From Vicugna vicugna (Eukaryota): a stretch of 64,000 nucleotides of DNA. The notes under the pieces are model-generated. The model was not told the origin of the DNA. It saw nothing but the letters and a program-made list of their open reading frames with translations, and ran no database searches. The stretch's first letter is position 1. Each line of letters starts with the position of its first letter. The position numbers were made by a program, and so were the translations under genes. The stretch is taken from NCBI GenBank assembly GCA_013265495.1, contig MU058868.1:2721553-2785552 (forward strand). The letters are read 5' to 3'. Positions 45,701 through 58,690 of the stretch are shown in pieces.

Positions 45701-48700
45701 GTTTGTCGTTTAACGGTGCATGTAAGTTCCTGATTTATGAAGTCAACAGCAAAGCGCGGGAATGCGGTCACCGGCTTGCCCTGCCCCACCCCCGCCCCGG
45801 CACAGGCACTGCTGCTTCAGAACTTGTAAATTTAATAGGTGGAGAGAAGCCCTGTGACTTCAGTGTGTGTCTGTGTTTCCCGGCATCTCAGAGGAGCCTG
45901 GCTGAAAGGAGGTTTTGCTCTCCGCTCTCTCTAGGGACTGGCCTTTGTCCCATCCAGTCCCCCCCGGAAGGGCTGTCTGATCTAGAGGCCGGCAGACAAG
46001 GAGAGCGCTGGGTCCCCATCTCGCTCGCCCTCTCCTCCCTGTGTCCCGAGCCAGGGACGGGCGCAGCAGCGGGTCACCCTCGGCTCCCAGGTACCTGGTC
46101 CTGACGAGGCGCTGGGTGCTCCCTCCTGTGGGAGCTCCTCCTCTCCACCCCCCAGTCATGCCCCTCCCTCTGAGCCAGCACCGGGGGAGCCACCCCACCC
46201 CTCAGGAGCAGGTGGGAGCTCCCTGGACTCTCATTCAGGGCCCTACATGGGGCTCCCCACCTTGTTCCCCTCCTGCCCCTGCAGCCCAGCCACCCCAGGC
46301 CACTGACTTCGCCCTCCACCAGCCTCAGCTTGGACCCTCTCTGGGACCTTCCCAACCCTCCGCCCCAGGGCCCTGATGTAACACCCCTTCGCTCTGCTTC
46401 ACCGCAGAGGCCCTTGGGAACCCTGATTTCCTGCGCTGGGCATGGGACAGCAGGGGCAGGGTGAGGGAGGTGGGGGCTGCCAGATCCAACCTGCGCCTCT
46501 CCTGGCTGCGCTGACATCGGAGTCGAGCCTGCAGTCCTAGCCTCGGGCTTCCGGGCCCAGGGCCTTTCCCTGTCCCTTTTCTAGCCTGGACCCAGAGACC
46601 CAGAGGGGAGAGAACTTGTGTGTTGGTGTCCTTGGCCCCCAGTCCGGGGCTCAGGCAGGCGACACAAACTCGTGGGGCCTCCGTTGCCTCACCTGTGAAA
46701 CAGGGCAACGCCCACTGCCCGGCAGGCAGGGCTGGTGCGAGGACTCGAGGTGACGGGCCCGACTCACGGGAGACGTTCAGGCAGTGCTGACCCGCCGCGG
46801 CTGCACAGTCACAGCGGGGAGGACGCTGCCGTCTGGGCCCTGGGGGCACGGAGGACAGCCCCATGCCCTGCACACGCCAGGGCGGCAGCCCGGGGAGGGG
46901 GGGGCCGCGTGACTCTGCCACACGGGCCCGGCTCAGCCCTGCCAGAGCGGAGCTCCCGAGAGCCCGAGGGGGACACACTGAGCAGCTGCCCTGAGACCCT
47001 CTGCCTGTCTTAGCAGATGAAGGAAGGCGGATGTCCAGCTGGCCTGGGTCCGAGGCTGGAGGGGCGGGCCGTCATCCTGCTGGTCGGGGTGGCCCAGCCT
47101 GTGCATGGGAGCACAGCGGCCAGGCCTGCAGGAGGGGGTGGCCCTGGGCCTGGCCCTGAGTTTATAAGCTGAGCCTGTGGTGTCAGAAGTTTCTCCAAAA
47201 CCTCCATTCTCTCCTGGTCTTGCAGCTGTTTTTCCTTAAAAAGAAAAACACAGATCCAAACTCAAGCAACAACATGGATTTCAGCACTGCGCTCGCCGGG
47301 CGGCTGGTGGGTACGTGAGCGACACCAACAGCTATGCTGGAAAACGTTAGCTTGAAGCAGCCCTGGCCCTCTCGGCTGGAGCTGCTGTGTGGACGGCCAA
47401 GGTCTGTCCTCCCACAACCCCGCCGGCCCCCCGGAGGACGGAGGGGCAGCCGAGACCCCCTGCCCGGGGCCCCTGCACAGGCTGCTCCCTCTGCCTCCAG
47501 CGCTGCCGCCCTCACCGTCCTCCCAGCAGGTCTTCGCAGACCGGCCTCCGCTCTGCTGCCCCGTCCCTGAGCCCCTGGCGGCCTGCCCATGCTCCTCTCG
47601 TGAAAGGGGGCTCTGGGCTTCCCCTCCAGGTCCCTGGAGCCTGGCACGTGGGTGGCAGGTGAGCGGTTAATCTTTGCTGGCTGGAGGCCTCGCTGTATCG
47701 GATGCCTGTGCTTCCTGAGGCACAAGGCCGAGTGGCCAGGGCTGGGCCCCCTGCAGATGCTTCTTCAAAGCTGCATCCCCCTTCTCAAGGAATCGAGGCA
47801 CCCTTACTGAGCCCCTGCTAATGTGGGTCACTGAGTTTGTGCAGCCAAACCGACTGTACGGAGCCACACCTCCTCCAGGGAGCCCTCCTGAGCCCCTGGG
47901 TCAGCGCCCTGCTCCATGTTTTCCTCCATCAGAACCCGCCTGGGCTGGCCACCCTGCCTGTCCTCTCTCTGATGGCCACTCAGGATGGGGGGCACCGGGA
48001 GAGCAGAGAGCATGCCTCCTGCATGGCTGACATCCCTGTGTGCGGGCAGAGTTAGATTAAACCGTTAATACGTAAATACACACAATGCCCGACCACGCGC
48101 TCTGGGCTGAGTGCAGACGGGGCGGGGTGAGGCTGCCGGTGGCGAGGGCAGAGGCAGGGCGACAGCTGGAGGTTCCCTGTGGCCCCGCCAGTTGATGGTG
48201 GCTCCGAGCAACAGAGGTGGCAAGAAGTTTCTAGATCAGCTGGAGGTGGTGCCTTCGGAAGCTTGAGATGGTGGGAGAAGGAGGGGTGACAGTCTCCAGG
48301 ATGCAGACCCCGCAGGGGTGACTGAAGGAGGCTGGGAGGCAGATTCAGATGGGCCTGAGCCCAGCCATCTACAACCTCTCGGACAAGTGACAAGTCCCAA
48401 GTCTGCATCCTGACGGTGCAGGGGACACACGTGCTGCTGGGCAGGTCTGGGCACAGCGGCTGTGTGGGAAGCCTTCCACGTACGAATCCAGTCTTGGTGC
48501 AGTTCCCCTGAAGTCTTGTCCTCTGATCTGTCCCTGGGCATGCCTTCCTGGAGCTCCCAGGGGTCCTTCTGGTCCCCCAGCTCCGCCACCACTGCCCTGC
48601 TTGTTTCTGTACAACCTCCTGGATCCTGCATCCCTCGACCCGGGGACACTTCACCTGGGCATCTGCAGGTCCACACCTGCCGCACCTGGGGGTGTCTGAG

Positions 48701-49279
48701 GAGGGGTGCTCTGTAAATGGAGGCTGGGCTGGGGGAACGTCCTGTGTCCGCAGGGGCCTGGGATCTTTCACGCGACCTGAGCCCTGGGATGCAGCCCTCA
48801 GCAGCCAAAACCCAAGCCCGGCGTTCACTCCTGTCAACATCTTCGTTCAGCCCTTTCTAGAAGACAAAGGAAGCTCATTGGAGACATCAAAGTCTGGGCA
48901 TCATTTCAGGCTCAGAGGACCTGGTCCAGCAGCTCCTGCCTTCCCTCGTCTCCCCCCACCTGCCCCTGGATCCTGTCCCTGCCCTGCTGGGACCAGACAT
49001 GCTCCCTGGTGCGCCCCATCCCCAAGGGTCCCCTGGTCCCATCTCTCCCTGTCGGACCCTCACCCCTGCTCCTTCTTTCCCACGTGGTCTCAGCCTAGGG
49101 TCTCCTTCTCTGGGAAGCCTCCCCTGATACACCCTCCTTTCTGGCTGTCGGGTGACCCCCTGCTCCTGCCCGCCGCCTCCCAGCTGAACTTCGCCTAGCC
49201 TTCTTTTTCTTTAATATCTGTTTACAAAACAAGTCTAGAATGCTTGTCATGCCAGGCTCCACTGTAACACCTTACAGAT

Positions 49280-49410
49280 AGTAATGTACTTCATCTCCAG
49301 TTAGTCTCCCATTCACAGAGGAGCACACCTGAAGCGCAGAGAGGGCAGGACACCTGCTCAGCATCACACAGCCGGCAGGAAGCAGAGTTGGAATTTAGAC
49401 CAGCACCCGG
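49280..49410 (-). mobile_element. MIR fragment
   Basis: ctccccattcacagaggagcacacctgaagcgcagagaggg...catcacacagccggcaggaagcagagttggaatttagaccag. Confidence 0.6.
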
Positions 49411-50749
49411 TGCTTGCATCTGGGGGCAGCCTCTGTCCTTGCCTGCCCACTGCCTGTCTTCCCCACGGCTCCCTAGGCAGGGCCATGTCTGCCTGGCCCA
49501 CAGCAGGGTGGGGGCTCATAACGCAGGATACGATTAGATACGATTCTCCCCACATCCCAGGTGAGAAAACTGAGCCCCAGACAGATGGTGTTCCTTATAT
49601 GTCCCTAGAGGCCATGTCCAGACCAGCTCAAGGCCATGGCTGGGTGAGGGAGGTCAGTCTCTCAACTTCACTGAGCCTCACTGTTCTTAACCGAAAGTGA
49701 CACCCCAACCTTGCATGACTGGGGTGAGAATGAAGCCCTATAAACCAAGGAACCCTGAACTTTAACCTCCCCAGGTGTCTGCTTGAATGTGAGTCCCAAG
49801 TAGGTAGATCTGGGGGTGCAGCTGGTGATTCCCTTGTCAGGAAGCTCTCCGGTGACACCAGACTGCCTGAACGCGGTCACACTCTGAGCAGCAGGGACAC
49901 GGCCCATGATAGGACGCAGCACAGCAAGCCCCCCGAGCTGGCCCCTCACCCCACACCTGACCAGCCGGCTCACGCCCAGGGCCGCGGGCACGTTAGGGAT
50001 GGCCAGACAGAATGCTTTGTGCGGCCGAGGGCTCACAGAGACAAAGCAAAGTGTTCACAGCTGTTGTTGGAAACACAGGATTTGCCAGTATTTTGGAGGA
50101 AACTAGCCCAAAGCCCAGAGGACAGCTGGGGCCAGTGAGCATGCTTCTGCGCCCCCGCCCCCACCGACTCCCTGTCGCGGAAGGGGTTGTTTGTTCCCAC
50201 GCGGGGGCGGAGGGGCAGGCGTGTTTCTCCCAGAATACAAATGAGTCTTGGCCTTTGCTCGCGTGTCCTTCAAGTGGGAAAAACTGGCTTTGCATCTGGT
50301 GGAAGTGGGAAGACAGAGTCCCCGGCATGGTGTGAGGGGGCCAAGCCAGCTCACAGCTCGGACCATCAGGGGTCGCCCAGGCTCGTGTCCACGGGCCCTG
50401 ACCCGAGGGTCTCCAGTTCAGATCAAGACCAGGTGCGAGTGACGTCCTGCCCGGGGCCCCACGCCAGCCCGGCCTTGCCGACATCGCTTCCCCATGCACC
50501 TCGGGGCCCACGGGCAAGGGTCTTCCTCCGGAGCTGTGATGGGGGTGGACACGCCAACAGAGCGGGTACCCCCACACTGCCTGTTGGGCCCTAAGACCTC
50601 CACCTCCACCAGGGAATCCAGAGCCCTCAAACCTCATTCCTCCTCCCTTCCTCCTGCTTCTCAGGTGAGGCAGGGTCTCCGTGCCCCTCCTGGGGCGACT
50701 TCCCGCAAGCTGCTTCCTTATCCGTGGCTTACAGGAAAACTTTTTCTTT

Positions 50750-51430
50750 AAGTCCTTTTTTTTTCTTTTTTAAATCGAAGTTGTGCGTGCATGTAATCTA
50801 AGGAGTGAAAGAGTTCCCAGGGCTTGTTATAAAAAACAATCCCCTCCCCCACCCCCAGTTGTTCTTCCCCAGCGGCAACCACTTCCTCTTTCAAAAAACT
50901 AATTCTTTTGGTATTTATGTCTGTATTCCTAAAGAACATTCTTGTATTCATCCTTCTTGTTTTTTCAGCTTAGTCAGTATCTACTGACTTCCTTTATGGA
51001 GGAGAGATGTAAGTTTCTCTGTCCCCTGCCCTCCGCCCACCCCCACCCCAAACACACACACCTCCTTCCCCATCACAGCCCCTGCACCGCAAAGAGTGTG
51101 TTTGAGTAAGATCCGCTGTGAGTAGGAAACGGAGCTCACGCAGAGCCAGGTAATGTACTGTAATTACTTTTCCTGTCTGCCTTACCTTTTTCCCCCTACA
51201 GTTATTAGTCGCTGTGTTATTTTATCTGTTTTTTTCTTTAATGTGCTTATTGTTACTATAACACCAAACCCTCTGCCTCTTGTCTAAACCTCCAACCCTC
51301 AGACACAGAAAAAGGTGGGCGGAGGCCAGTTTTGCAGGAAGTACTCATCTTCCAGTTGGCAACAGAGCCATTGTCAAGTCCAAAGCCATCCTGATTCCTG
51401 ATTCTTTATGTGTGATCTTCCCGCTTGGAT
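50750..51430 (-). mobile_element. Old L1 (L1MC/L1ME-like) fragment
   Basis: AT-rich block with cttccccagcggcaaccact..., ttgtcaagtccaaagccatcctgattcctgattctttatgtgtgatc; subfamily uncertain. Confidence 0.5.
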
Positions 51431-54400
51431 TACTTACTCAAAAAGAAAAATAAGTTTTAAAAATAAAGTAGTTTTTGAATAGACTCATTTGGCCCTCACT
51501 CCTGCATCTTTCAAATGAGCAAAAGCAAGTCTTAGTTTTATTGATGGTGGTAGAAGCTGACTTCACACTCCAGAGTGATCTCAGGAGTAAATCATGGCTG
51601 TGTCTTCCATCTAGTGTGGAGCCACGGCTATTATGAATTTTATGGCCATGACTCTCACTCATGCTGGCCTGTGCATGTGGAACGAGCTGCGTGGAGTGCC
51701 TGGCGCCCCATGGGTCCTGAGCAGGTAGCGCTGTCAGCCCCTGTCCCAGTGGGGCACCGGCGTCCTCCCATCTGCCAGCCGCAGCACACACCTGGCCCCG
51801 GGCTGCCTCCGCATCAGCCCCCTCTTGGGTCTCCAGGGCCCCTCAGCGAGTGAGAGCTGACTGCATCTCTCCCAGCTCGGGGTGGAGTGGGAGGCACACA
51901 GGGCCCCTGATGTTGCAGGTGACCCTCCGAGGGAGGCCGACTGTGCCCTCCTCCTGTCTACCTTGGGTCTGAGCGGGATTGCCCTGGCTGTGAGCACAGG
52001 TTAGAAGGTTAAAATTACAGGGCCCCTCTCATAGTCCAGCTTGATCCCTTGGGCCTCAGTTTCTACAGCTGTAAAATGGGGAGAAGAGAGCTATTCTGAA
52101 AATTAAAGCAATAACTAGATGTGGTTTGATGAGCACTTAGTGACACACAGTGAGTCCTCATGCTCACTGTCGGACTGTCTGTCAAGGAGCCAGGGCCTCT
52201 GGGTGGCCCAGATGCTTGTGACACACAGACCCCCACCTTGAGGCTCTGCCCCGAAAGGCCCCAGGCTTGTCTCCAGGGAACCTGAGCCTGGTGCAGACCG
52301 CAGCCCCCTCAGCCCTGGCCCCAGAACCGCGGCCTTCTGGGACACGGGGCCTCCCACCAAGAAGGGCTTTTTTGCCAGCTCCCTCTGGTTCTCATTAGGA
52401 CCTGCCGCATCCCCCGCCCCTCCCGGTTGGGCAGTGTCACTCCTCACAGTCCTCTTGGGACCATCATGGCTCAACGAGTTCCATCAGCCCATCAGGGTCA
52501 AACCAAGGGACCCACACCTTCCAGGAAGGAGGCGGAAGAGCCTCACGTGGACTTGGGGCCCGAGAGCAAGCCTGGGCTGGGCCACGCTGGCCGTGGACCC
52601 TACGGGTGTGGGGGAGGTTTGCGTAGGAAGCCTCTCTCGCAGGCAGGTGAGTGTGGCTAGAGAGGCGGACCCCGTGGAGGAGACCAGCAGAGGCTGGAAC
52701 CCTGGGAAAAGAAGTCAGTCCTTACCCTGAGGGTCCCAGGGGCCACCGGACAGTGCGCATGTCCTGGATGCGGGGTTGAGGTGGCGGGTGGTGTCCAGAA
52801 TGGTTTCTGTAACTGGGATGGGTGAGCAGGCGGGGCTGCCGCGTGGAGGTGTCTAGGAGGTCTCTGGGTACCTGGCCAGGTGCTGGGCGGAGGGCTCCCT
52901 CTGTGTCCCCGAGGCCTGCCTGGGGTGCTCTGAGCACCCTTTCCTAGATCCCACCTCCCGGGTCTCCGGCCCCGGGTTTCTCTCTTCCCAGGGTCCCCCT
53001 GCGGACCTCCACACCCCCACCCCCACCCCCGCTCCATGAGTGCATTTTGTGAGGAGGGTGGTTTTCCTCTGCGTCAGCTTTGCTGTGTGGTTGCACTTAC
53101 TGGTGACCTCCGGACTGCCCGCCCCTTCTGCCCCCAGACTCTCCCCCCACCCCTCTCCCAGGGCTGCAGGGGGGCCCAGGCCACCAGGCCATTCCAGGTC
53201 ACCCCTCACTCCTGCCTGATGTGCTTTAGCGGCTCCTGCTTTAAAACAGGCGGGTTGATGCCACTGTGGTCTGCTCCCCCGGGAGCCCTGGGGAGACTGA
53301 GGCCTGGGGTCCCTCTGAGGCCACTGGGCTGTCCGTGTCTGTGGGTCCCAGGCAGCCTGGGGCCGCCCTGCCTGCACCCCTTCCCCGTGCAGGTCGCCTG
53401 GCCGTGCGCCGGGCCCCTCACGTGAAGCCCAGCAAGGAGGCTTCCTCACAGGGCTTGTGGGGCCACGCGGCTGAAGCCCTGACAGCCCGCTGCTCGCGAG
53501 TGACGTGTGTCCCATCCTTGGTGTGCAGACCTTTTGCAGATGTGCCAGCTGGCTGATGGCTGAGGCCTCCCCAGGCCCTGCCTGCCTGGCCCTCTCTGCC
53601 CAGTGCTGTCCATCCACAGGCCAGTGTGCGACTCTCCATGCACTGTCTCAGCTGCAGGGGTTTTACTGCAAACAGTGAAGCCCTCTGTCCCCATGACCTC
53701 ATCTTTCTGCCCGCTTCCCTCAGTCCCCCGGCAGGAGGCCAGCTCAGTTTTCTCTCCTGCTGCACAGGTTGAGGCTGTGGCCCCGAGTCGGGAAGGGGCT
53801 GGGCGGGGCCGACTGGTGCCCTCACCCCAGATCCCTACCTGGGAAGCCAGCTCACTGCACCTCCAGTCTCCCCAAAGGCCTGCATTCTGCACTGCCAGCT
53901 CCCCCTCCTGAGCCCTCACCTCGCGGGCACCAGAGCCGGGCCCAGCACAGACACTACCTCACACGCCCGGGGCTGCCAGCTGTGGGACCACGGCCACGGC
54001 CAGCTGGCCAGTCTAGGAGACAGGACAGTAACTCCTGAGTCTGCAGGCAGTGGGGTCCGTTCAGGTCTCAGACTCGGGCTAGACGGCGGCCTGCTGTGTG
54101 CACCTGCGGGCCGTGGGGCAGGAGGTGCGCGGGGTGCTGGACCTCTAGCCCGAGGGTGGTCTCAGAGCCTCTTCACAGTGATCCTGAGGGATAGAGCCCA
54201 TACCCACTTGACAGATGAGAAAACTGAGGCCCAAGAGGTAGACTGACTAATTCAGGGTCTCAGAGCCGTGGGTGGAAGAGTCAGAACGCACTTCTGATGG
54301 CAGGAGGCCCAATGACCTTCTGAAACGCCGCCACGCGTGGAGCCTGCTGGAGCCTTTCACGCAGTGAGAAGGGGGACAGGTCGCTGTATTCTCTGGTCCA

Positions 54401-56019
54401 GAAGGCCAAGGTCGAGGCTTGAGCCCAGCGCAGGGTGGGGGTGAGGAGTGAGGCACCGAGTACAGCATCTAAGGAGGCTGTGCTCCCTCTCGGGCGTCAG
54501 CCCTGAGAGCAGGCACCTCCTCCAGCGCCGCTCCCGGTGCCTCGCTCTCCCCTTCTGGTCCCCGGGGAAGGGCCACAGGCCTGCTGAGGATGTGCAGGCA
54601 GGACAAGGCGTCCAGGACTCCGGGCCTCGGCCTTCCAGGGTTGGTCTGGTCTCCCGTTGAGGAGTCTGCCCCCCCGGTTCTAGGAGTAACTCCCTGGAGG
54701 GCTGTGCTGTGAAAATACTCTTGGCTTAATTTAAGTTTTGGCTAAATGCCATTCCCTTCTTTCTGACTGAGGAGTCACATCGTCTCACCGGATGGGCCAC
54801 GGCCTCGGGCGTGCTGCCCACACCGGCCGGCCCGGCTGCCTGATACAGGGCCTCGGTCCCGCTCTCCTCCCACTCCCACCCTCAGCTGGCAGGTGTCTGG
54901 ACCACACAGCCCCTTTGTGTGCCAGCTCTGTTCAGGGCACTGTCCTGCTGGGGCCAGAGCTTGGGAGGTGCTAACGGGTCCCAGTTCCCAGTGGCTCATG
55001 CTGGGCCGGACTAGGTGGGTGCCTGGGGCACTGGCTAATGAGGCGCCTGCTCTCGGGTCAGGGGCGCAGACACAGGGCTGTGACCTGGGCATCGCAGGTG
55101 CAGCCTGATGCTGGGCCGCTGGCTGTGGCCCCTGGGGCTTTGGGGCCCAGAGAGGGCAGAGGCATTTGGCCTGGGCTGCCGGGCAGTCTCCAACCTGCCA
55201 CGAGTGTGGATGGAGGGTCACCCAACACTAGGGGCCTGGCCTCCTGCCCTTGGGCAGCCCAGGCCCCCTCCCCTCACCCAGCCCCCGTGTGCCTGCCTGG
55301 GCCCTGTCCCTGGCACTCCCAGGCCTGGCACTCCTTCCCCGGCGCCATCGGCTAGCCTCTTACTTTCCTGAGAAGTCATGGACGAAGAATTCAGGCCTGT
55401 GATCTGCCTCCCTGTCCTCTCAGGTCTCCCCAGTTGCGCCTCCCCCCAGGCTGACCCTCCTCCCGCCTCTCCACTTGCCCCTGCTGCTCCCCAACCACCA
55501 GCCACAGTCAGTGTCTCGCAACCCTCCTGACTGTTTCCTGGTCGGGCTCAGTGCTGGGGCCCATGTCTGGGTGCCCAGCATGAGACAGACCCTGCCAGGA
55601 TGCAGCACCTCCCCTCTCCCATGGGGTGTCACTCTTCTTCCCAGGGGGCTGCGCACTGTGTCTCCTCCTCTAGGAACCCGACTTGGGGGCCTGCATGGCT
55701 CCCGGGCCCCGTGCGGAGATTGGACCCCGGTGACCTGGCCCGGCCCCCAGGGAGCATTATCTCGACGTGGTGGGCATCACACCTTCATTTGCTCACTTGC
55801 GACCTCTGAGTCGGGCACCACTATGAGTCTGGGCTGCCGACGCTTGACCCTCACACCAGCAGGGTGTGGTGAGAATCCACTCAGTGACTGGGGAGGATGG
55901 GAAGGAATGGACGGGAGCTGTGACCTGACTCTGGTGAGATCAGACTGAGCCAGGTTTGGCTGTTGGGTTAAAAGACAGGCAGAAGCAGTCTGTGCGGTTA
56001 GAAGTCAGCACAGACGAGA

Positions 56020-56207
56020 GGAGGCCTCAGCACTGTGCGCACTGGGGCCGGGTGATTCTGTCTGGGGACCATCCTGTGCATGGGATGCTGAGCCGCATCC
56101 CTGGCCTCTGACGCCAGCAGTCCACTCTCGGTTGTGACAACATATATGTCTGCACTTATTGCCCGGTGCCCCTGGGGCAACACTGCCCCTGCTGAGAGCC
56201 ACTGGAC
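56020..56207 (-). mobile_element. MER20 (hAT)
   Basis: cctcagcactgtgcgcactggggccgggtgattctg...gcatccctggcctct...ggttgtgacaac...gtgcccctggggcaacactgcccctgctgagagccactg. Confidence 0.8.
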
Positions 56208-56211
56208 TAGA

Positions 56212-56370
56212 GGTTACCGTGGTAACGGGCAGCTCTGATACCATTTTCTTCCGGATCTGGGGCTGGGTACATGGCGTGTTCACCTTGTGAAAATTCACCA
56301 GCTGTCCCCTTATGATTAAAGCTGCTTTCTGCACATCCATTGTAGCCAGGAAAAAGTTCATTAAAAAAGG
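56212..56370 (+). mobile_element. Old L1M 3' end fragment
   Basis: gatctggggctgggtacatggcgtgttcaccttgtgaaaattcaccagctgt...ttcattaaaaaa. Confidence 0.6.
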
Positions 56371-58459
56371 AATCACGGGAAAACAGGCTAAAGGACATGA
56401 CGTCAGGTTTCAGGGTCTCCATCGCCAGCGAGCTCGAGGGTGTCCACAGGGCGCAGCGTCTCCATGAGCCCCCAGGGAATGAACCTGAGGGGCTTGGGAA
56501 ACACAAAGATCTACACCCAGGAGGAGCTGGGTCCGTGCCCTCTGGCTGGGTGGGGGTGGGTGGGGCTCTTGTCCTGACCCCACCCTTTTAGGACATTACG
56601 GTGCTCTGAGCGCCCTGGGCCTTCCTGGCACACAGTAGGTCTCCGTAATGACACGAGGTGGGTGCAGCTTGTGTGGCCAGGGGGACACGCGCAGGGTGTT
56701 CGCTGAGGCTTCTGCTGAGCAGCTTCTTGCTGAGCGGCTTCCAAGCTTTAGTGAACAAAAGACAAACATTTCTTCATTCTTTTTGTTTCAGTTAAAAACA
56801 AGCCTGGAAAGACAGGAAATGATTAGTGCATCACGGAGTCTCTCTACCTGTCTGAAAATTAGGCAGGAATTACCATCTGTGCTTGAAGAAAGGCTTAGCC
56901 TTGTATATGAAGTGGGAAAGCAGGACTGAAAATACCTGCAGCGTGAGCTCAACGCAACAAGATTCAGACACAGAAAAAAGGATGAAATCAGGGGATAAAC
57001 TGATACTCCGTGCTGGTGGTCTGGAAGCCTCGGGACTGTCGAGACGTCAGTTTCATAGCTGCAGCTGTAGGTTCAGTGCAACCCAGTCAAAGTCTCAGCC
57101 CGTTATTTTGGGGATGTCGGTAAAAGGCTTGGAAGACACACACTCCAACGTCAGCAGATATCGTCACTGCATCCTGACATCATGAGGAATTTTAATTGTT
57201 TTGTTTGTGCTTTTCTGATTTTTCTGAAATGAGCACGTGCTTCTCTAGAACAGAGCAATGAAGATACATGCATTTTTAAGGGATAAATGCAGAAAGAAAG
57301 AAGAGTGAGCAGAGAGGAGCCGGGCAGATGAGTTTAGCAGCAGAGCCTTTTGGAGTTGGCTAGCCGGACCAGACCCAGGAGCGTCACTGGGGCCAGCTGT
57401 CAAATGTCTCCTTCCCGGGGTCTGGGAGCCCCCGTCCAAGGGCTCTAATGGGGAAACAGCCCCACAGAGAAATCCGACTCAGGCTGGCCGGGGGTCTGGG
57501 CCTCTCTGCGTTTTACATCTGCAGAGACGGAACAGCTGGGAGGCAGCCTTTTACTACAGTCTGCACGGGCCGAGAAGGGATTGTTTCTCCGGCTGGGGTT
57601 CTTTCTTTTTAAAGGCTTTTAAAGTAGATGATGGGGTAGATACTGTTGAAAAAACCAACTGCAGTTCCTCATGGTTAGGTCCCCAGTTCCCAGAGACCAT
57701 AGCGGAAAGGCCCAAGAACTGTTAAGGGCTTGCTCCTCAAACTCTGCTCAGCATTTAAGGCCTTTCTCTAGCGCCACCTCCTCCAGGAAGCCCTCTGACT
57801 TCCTGGGCCACAGCACTTGAGCCCTTGCCTAGAATCCTAATGTACTTGACCTGCCCCATTGGGGGTCCCTGAGAGACTGTGTGGAGCACACCTCGAGGGG
57901 CCCCGCTGAGGTATGAGGAAGCTGCCGTTACCCGCTGGCCGGTCTTTCAGCCTGAGATCGCTGCGGGCAGGCAGCAGAGGCGGCCCTTGGCTGGGGTGAC
58001 AAGCCCGTCAGCGGGTGGGCTGGCCTAGGGGTGGGGATGGGGCACCGCCACACCTACTCCATGTCCCGGGACAACCACAGGACCCCTGAGGTTGTGCCCC
58101 CGTGGCTAGCCTGGGGCGGCATTTGGTGCACAGCCTGGGCGGAGGACCCAGAGGGCCGCCTGCTTCTTCCCTGAGCCCCGCTCTCCTCCGGACCAGAGCA
58201 GGTACTCTGGAGGTTTGACGAAGAAAACAGAGCCAGGAGGGCCCGTGCCAGCTCTGGCCCCATCCCAGGAAGGCAACAAACTTTCACACATTCAACAAGT
58301 ATTTATCAGCAGCCCGGTATCTGTGAGGCCCTGAACCTGAGGCTGCCAGAGGCTGGCAGTGGCTCAGAGACTCCAAGTCGAAGTGGGTCCCTCAGTCCCC
58401 AAAGAGCAGGCTCAGGCTCAGGTGTGCGAGGGGTGCTGGCTCTGCCGGGAGCATGTGCG

Positions 58460-58690
58460 GGAGCTCACAGCTTGACTTTGGAATCAGATAGACCCAGGCT
58501 CATATTCCAGCTCTGCCACCTTCGTGCTGTGTGGCCTGGACCCACCACTTAACCTCTCTGAGCACGTCTCCTTGTCTGAAAAAGTGAGAAACAAACGGTT
58601 ACAGAATCATCAGAGGATTCCATGCCACCCGGACATCAAGTGCTCAGAGCAGAGCCTTCCACGTGGTGAGTGGTCAGCACAGTGTCGCTG
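58460..58690 (+). mobile_element. MIR
   Basis: gactttggaatcagatagacccaggctcatattccagctctgccacc...acttaacctctctgagc...gtgctcagagcagagcc. Confidence 0.75.

Noticed and set aside
45731-45738. Single TGATTTAT PBX-HOX motif
   Set aside because: Isolated 8-mer without a supporting cluster.
47160-47320. TTTATAAG, an acceptor-like TCTTGCAG and CAACATGG followed by a donor-like GTACGT
   Set aside because: Only a 12-13 codon unrecognisable peptide with no partner exons; compatible with chance.
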